From: Bdellovibrionota bacterium
Lineage (GTDB): Bacteria > Bdellovibrionota_C > UBA2361 > JAAYZI01
Assembly: GCA_050950765.1 (NCBI GenBank)
Contig: JBMNIF010000002.1
Span: forward strand, 529,454 to 593,453
Reading direction: 5' to 3'
DNA: 64,000 nt
In this document: positions 60,153 through 64,000 of the stretch, piece after piece
How positions within the stretch are numbered: the stretch's first letter is position 1
How the letters are laid out: each line of letters starts with the position of its first letter
Position numbers and translations under genes: made by a program
Notes under the pieces: generated by a model
What the model was told of the DNA's origin: nothing
Seen by the model: only the letters and a program-made list of their open reading frames with translations
Databases searched by the model: none

Positions 60153-60468
60153 ATCAGAGAAAAGACAAGTGTTTTTTCGTTTCGAAGAGATATAAAAGAA
60201 CCTTCTAAAAAAACAATTTTAAATTCGCATAATAACCTAAATTGATTATACTTATTCTTATATTTTAGACTAACTTTAGGATACTTGACCGAATCTGGTG
60301 GCGGCGGCGTCTATTTACGCAGCAGAAACTCACTCCTTACAAAAGGAAGTAAAATTTGCTATAGACTCGTCCCCTTATTACTATCAGTATCTAAGTTTAC
60401 TTTAGTTTTACATTAGAAGTGTAACCTTAACCGTGTATGCAGTTTTATAAATTAACTTAGGAGGATCT

Positions 60469-61977
60469 GTGGCTATTATTATTGATGACATATCTAGAAC
60501 TTTCCAAGAATATCTACTCCTACCTGGGTTAACGAAAAAGGAAAATATCCCATCTAATGTTAATTTAAAGGTTCCCATTCAACGCTTAACTAAAGATAGA
60601 AAGCAGGGGTTATCCGCAAATATACCGATCGTCTCTGCTGCAATGCAGGCAGTAACAGGTTCTGATTTAGCGATCGCTTTAGCCAGAAAGGGTGGTATCG
60701 GATTCGTCTATTGCTCACAATCCGTTGAAGAAGAAGCTAAAATCGTACGCAAAGTTAAGGAACATAAGGCGGGCTTTGTGGAGTCAGATTCAAACCTTGC
60801 ACCTGATGCTACCTTAAGAGATGCACTTAAGTTAAGGGAAAAAACGGGGCACTCCACGATAGCAATTACGCAAGACGGCACCGCTCATTCAAAATTATTA
60901 GGCATTCTAACCGGCAAAGATTTTTGGGAGTTTAAAGACGACCTCTCTAAACCTGTTTCAGAATACTACACCCCACTAGATAAGTTAGTCTACGGCGAAG
61001 AGGGTATCTCGTTGCAGGAGGCAACAGAAAAGTTGTGGTTAAATAAGAAAGAGTGCCTACCGATCGTTGATAAGACAGGGCGGCTTTCTGCTCTCGTTTT
61101 CAGAAAAGATTACTTTGATCATAAATCAAACCCTTATGAATTATCTGACGCAAAGAAGAGACTTATTGTCGGTGCTGCTCTCAACACTCACGATTTTAAA
61201 GTGCGTGGTCCAGCTATGTTTGATGCCGGTGCAGATTGTGTCTGCTTGGACTCTTCTGATGGCTATGGCGAATGGCAAAAAGAGGCTGCGCACTGGTTAC
61301 GTAAAGAGTGTGGCAGTGATGTAGTTATCGGCGGCGGCAATGTGGTAAGTGGCGACGGTTTTCGTTATTTAGCAGAAGAAGCGAAGCTTGATTTTGTTAA
61401 AGTCGGTATCGGCGGTGGTTCGATCTGTATTACACGCGAACAGAAGGGGATCGGGCGTGGACAGGCATCGGCAGTTTTAGATGTGGCGGCAGCACGTGAT
61501 GCTTATTACGCAGAAACTGGGAATTATGTACCGATCTGTTCAGATGGCGGATTATTAAATGATACTCATGTAATCTTGGCACTCGCTATGGGAGCCGATT
61601 TTGTAATGATGGGACGTTATTTTGCTATGACAGAAGAGAGTCCAACTCCGAAGATCACTTATAAAGGAAGGATGTATAAGCCGTACTGGGGAGAGGGTTC
61701 AAACCGTGCTCGCAACTGGCAACGTTATAAACAATCAGAGAGAGAGCAACTTATTTTTGAAGAAGGTGTTGATGCTTACGTACCGTTTAGCGGAACTCTT
61801 TCAGAAAAGATTGATGTTACTATCGCAAAATTAAAATCAACGATGTGCAATATAGGTGTAACAACTATTAAAGAGCTACATCAGAACGCTCGCTTAACGC
61901 GAGTCTCTCCGATGACCTTAGTAGAAGGTGGCACTTCACACGTTGAAAATTTAGATAGAACACAATCTAATCAGTAA
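60469..61977 (+). CDS. guaB: IMP dehydrogenase (IMPDH/GMPR family with CBS pair)
   Basis: IPIVSAAM, GGIGFV, catalytic loop VGIGGGSICITRE, CBS-domain insert. 502 aa. Confidence 0.75.
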   Translation: MAIIIDDISRTFQEYLLLPGLTKKENIPSNVNLKVPIQRLTKDRKQGLSANIPIVSAAMQAVTGSDLAIALARKGGIGFVYCSQSVEEEAKIVRKVKEHKAGFVESDSNLAPDATLRDALKLREKTGHSTIAITQDGTAHSKLLGILTGKDFWEFKDDLSKPVSEYYTPLDKLVYGEEGISLQEATEKLWLNKKECLPIVDKTGRLSALVFRKDYFDHKSNPYELSDAKKRLIVGAALNTHDFKVRGPAMFDAGADCVCLDSSDGYGEWQKEAAHWLRKECGSDVVIGGGNVVSGDGFRYLAEEAKLDFVKVGIGGGSICITREQKGIGRGQASAVLDVAAARDAYYAETGNYVPICSDGGLLNDTHVILALAMGADFVMMGRYFAMTEESPTPKITYKGRMYKPYWGEGSNRARNWQRYKQSEREQLIFEEGVDAYVPFSGTLSEKIDVTIAKLKSTMCNIGVTTIKELHQNARLTRVSPMTLVEGGTSHVENLDRTQSNQ

Positions 61978-61987
61978 TTGTTAAGAG

Positions 61988-62581
61988 ATGGATTGCAAAG
62001 ATAATCAGGTGGTTCGTGAGCTTATCTTAGCCTCTGCTTCAGAGATGCGTAGTGAACTACTTAAGGTGTGCGGTGTTTCCTTTAAAGTCTGCCCTGCCGA
62101 TATAGATGAAACGACTTTCCCTGAAGAAACTCCACTAGATGCCATTAAACGTTTAGCCTTAACAAAGGCCAAAGTTATTAGCGCTAAGTATCCTGACGCT
62201 TACGTTATAGGCGCAGATACAGATGTGGTTATTGATGGTGAGGTCTTAGGGAAACCGTTATGCGCCGAACGTGCAGAGGAGATGTTGCACCGTTTACAGG
62301 GACGAGAGCACTCTGTCATCGGATCTTTTGCCATCGTCTGCAAAACAAAGCCTCTTGAGGTGGTGGAATCAAGCGTTACAAAAGTTAAGTTTTTACCGAT
62401 GACACCTGCGGAGATACGTGGCTATGTTGAAACAGGCGAGCCTCTTAATAAAGCAGGAGCCTGTTCCATTCAAGGTTGCGGCATGCAATTTATAAGTGAA
62501 ATCTGCGGCTCTTACAGCAATGTGATCGGATTAGACGTTGCAGCTTTATTAAAAAAGATGAAAACTCTCTCCATTATATAA
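61988..62581 (+). CDS. maf: Maf-like nucleoside triphosphate pyrophosphatase
   Basis: LILASASEMRSELL N-terminus, the IGADTDVVIDGEVLGKP block, 197 aa. Confidence 0.8.
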   Translation: MDCKDNQVVRELILASASEMRSELLKVCGVSFKVCPADIDETTFPEETPLDAIKRLALTKAKVISAKYPDAYVIGADTDVVIDGEVLGKPLCAERAEEMLHRLQGREHSVIGSFAIVCKTKPLEVVESSVTKVKFLPMTPAEIRGYVETGEPLNKAGACSIQGCGMQFISEICGSYSNVIGLDVAALLKKMKTLSII

Positions 62582-62605
62582 ATAGCATTAAAGCGTTATT
62601 TAAAT

Positions 62606-63301
62606 ATGGAAACTCTTATTTCACGCTATCTAAATATTATTACAAACTTAAACTCAATAGCCTCCCGCAAAGGGCTTTCTGCGCCAACCCTTGTCGCCGT
62701 TTCAAAATACCAAGCGGTGGAGCAGATGCGGATTTTGGCTGATTTTTTAATCTCTAAAGGTGAATTAGCGTTTTTTGGAGAAAGTTACATTCAAGAATAT
62801 CGCGCCAAACAAAAGCTTTTACCTCCGCACCGCTCACACCTAATCGGTCGCTTGCAACGGAATAAAGCGCGTGAAGCAGTGGAGCTTTTTGATGTGATAG
62901 AAAGCGTGCACTCACTCCCCCTAGCGGAAGCGTTACAACGAGAAGCAGAGAGATGTAATAAAATACAGGATATCTTCTTACAAATTAACGTTTCAGAAGA
63001 GGAGGGTAAGGCCGGTTTTTATAAAACTGACCTTCCTGCTGTGCTAAAGGAGGTTTTATCTTTTACAGCATTAAAACTTTGCGGTGTAATGACTATCACA
63101 AGGTATTATAAAAATCGGGAAGAGGTTAGACCTGATTTTGCTAAAATGAAGAACCTAGCCGATATCATACAGGAAAAGCACCCTTCTTTAAGCAAACCTT
63201 TTCAGATCAGTATGGGCATGTCTGCTGATTATGATATCGCCACAGAGGAGGGCGCAACCTTTGTAAGGGTCGGTAGCGCTCTTTTCGGAGAGCGTTACTA
63301 A
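62606..63301 (+). CDS. yggS: YggS-family pyridoxal-phosphate homeostasis protein (PLPBP)
   Basis: LVAVSKYQ (PLP-Lys), GESYIQE, RLQRNKAR, SMGMSADY, VRVGSALFGER. Confidence 0.85.
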   Translation: METLISRYLNIITNLNSIASRKGLSAPTLVAVSKYQAVEQMRILADFLISKGELAFFGESYIQEYRAKQKLLPPHRSHLIGRLQRNKAREAVELFDVIESVHSLPLAEALQREAERCNKIQDIFLQINVSEEEGKAGFYKTDLPAVLKEVLSFTALKLCGVMTITRYYKNREEVRPDFAKMKNLADIIQEKHPSLSKPFQISMGMSADYDIATEEGATFVRVGSALFGERY

Positions 63302-63535
63302 CCACCTCTAAAGCTAATTGTTTTTAAATATTTTAGCGGTATCTTCTAGGTAATTTTTAGGCAGATGTGCCCTTAGTTACAGGTTGGCTAAAGATAAGCT
63401 AAGGATATTTTACTGGTATCTTTTAGCTAATTATTAGGTAAAGGGATCGCTCTTTACAGTATGGTATGTTTTATAAAGTTTTTGTAAACTCCGTAATATC
63501 TATAAACAGTGCACTTTTAAGCAGGCGGTGATATT

Positions 63536-64000
63536 ATGAAACATTTATTTATCCTTACTTTAATACTTATCACTTCTATGACTACTTCTTGTAGTCCCAG
63601 ATGGCCCCACAGATACGATACCTTAGCGCCGCGCGCACCATTTCACGGCTTTGGAAAAGTTGTGGTCTTAGTACGTGATAATCGTGCTGAAGTTTTAAAC
63701 GGCTTAAGGAACCCGCAAGATGTCGGTACTGTCGAATCAATGGGCAAAACATTTCCGATTGAGATAGCAACCGGTCACGCCTTTGCTCAAGATGTAGGAG
63801 TTTCCGTTTGTAATTCTCTGATAGGTAAAGGCTTTGAATGTGTCCCCCTTGTATCCGGCAGATCTGAGATTGCAGAAGAGTTAGATTACATTAAAGAAAC
63901 GCAAGCTCCTGTCAGAACTTTATTTGTCACCGTTGAAGAGTGGAATGTTGAGGTCTTTGTTAAAACCCGTGTTCAATACAACTTTGCATTAAAAGTTTTT
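63536..64000 (+). CDS. Putative lipoprotein, 3'-truncated by the window end
   Basis: MKHLFILTLILITSMTTSCS lipobox-like signal. The ORF runs to the end of the window. Confidence 0.3.
   Translation, partial: MKHLFILTLILITSMTTSCSPRWPHRYDTLAPRAPFHGFGKVVVLVRDNRAEVLNGLRNPQDVGTVESMGKTFPIEIATGHAFAQDVGVSVCNSLIGKGFECVPLVSGRSEIAEELDYIKETQAPVRTLFVTVEEWNVEVFVKTRVQYNFALKVF

Overview
This is a low-GC (about 38-40%) bacterial chromosomal segment from a flagellated diderm. I cannot assign the lineage from sequence alone. The window mixes conserved housekeeping genes with a large accessory content. Housekeeping calls include pdxS, recJ, cimA, a pyruvate:ferredoxin oxidoreductase, ychF, tadA, rlmH, rlmD, topA, guaB, maf, yggS, and a cluster of three tRNA-Ser genes plus tRNA-Arg(ACG). 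The accessory content includes an IS4/IS1634-like transposase beside a lone type IVa pilin gene, an NfeD-flotillin pair, and a Fic-family protein. It also includes a secreted RCC1-repeat protein carrying four near-identical MopE-like cysteine repeats, an orphan C5 cytosine methyltransferase, and two separate tandem pairs of diverged paralogous genes whose 5' leader or promoter regions are far better conserved than their coding sequence. There are also many intergenic tandem repeats, including three places where the 3' end of a gene is duplicated just downstream of it. The most striking element is a minus-strand operon at about 22.7-30.1 kb encoding three proteins with TadE/TadG-type pseudopilin N-termini. 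The middle one is 1562 aa and consists almost entirely of eukaryote-like CxC cysteine-rich repeats. No Flp pilin or Tad secretion machinery genes lie in the window. I read this as a candidate undescribed minor-pilin or tip-adhesin module.
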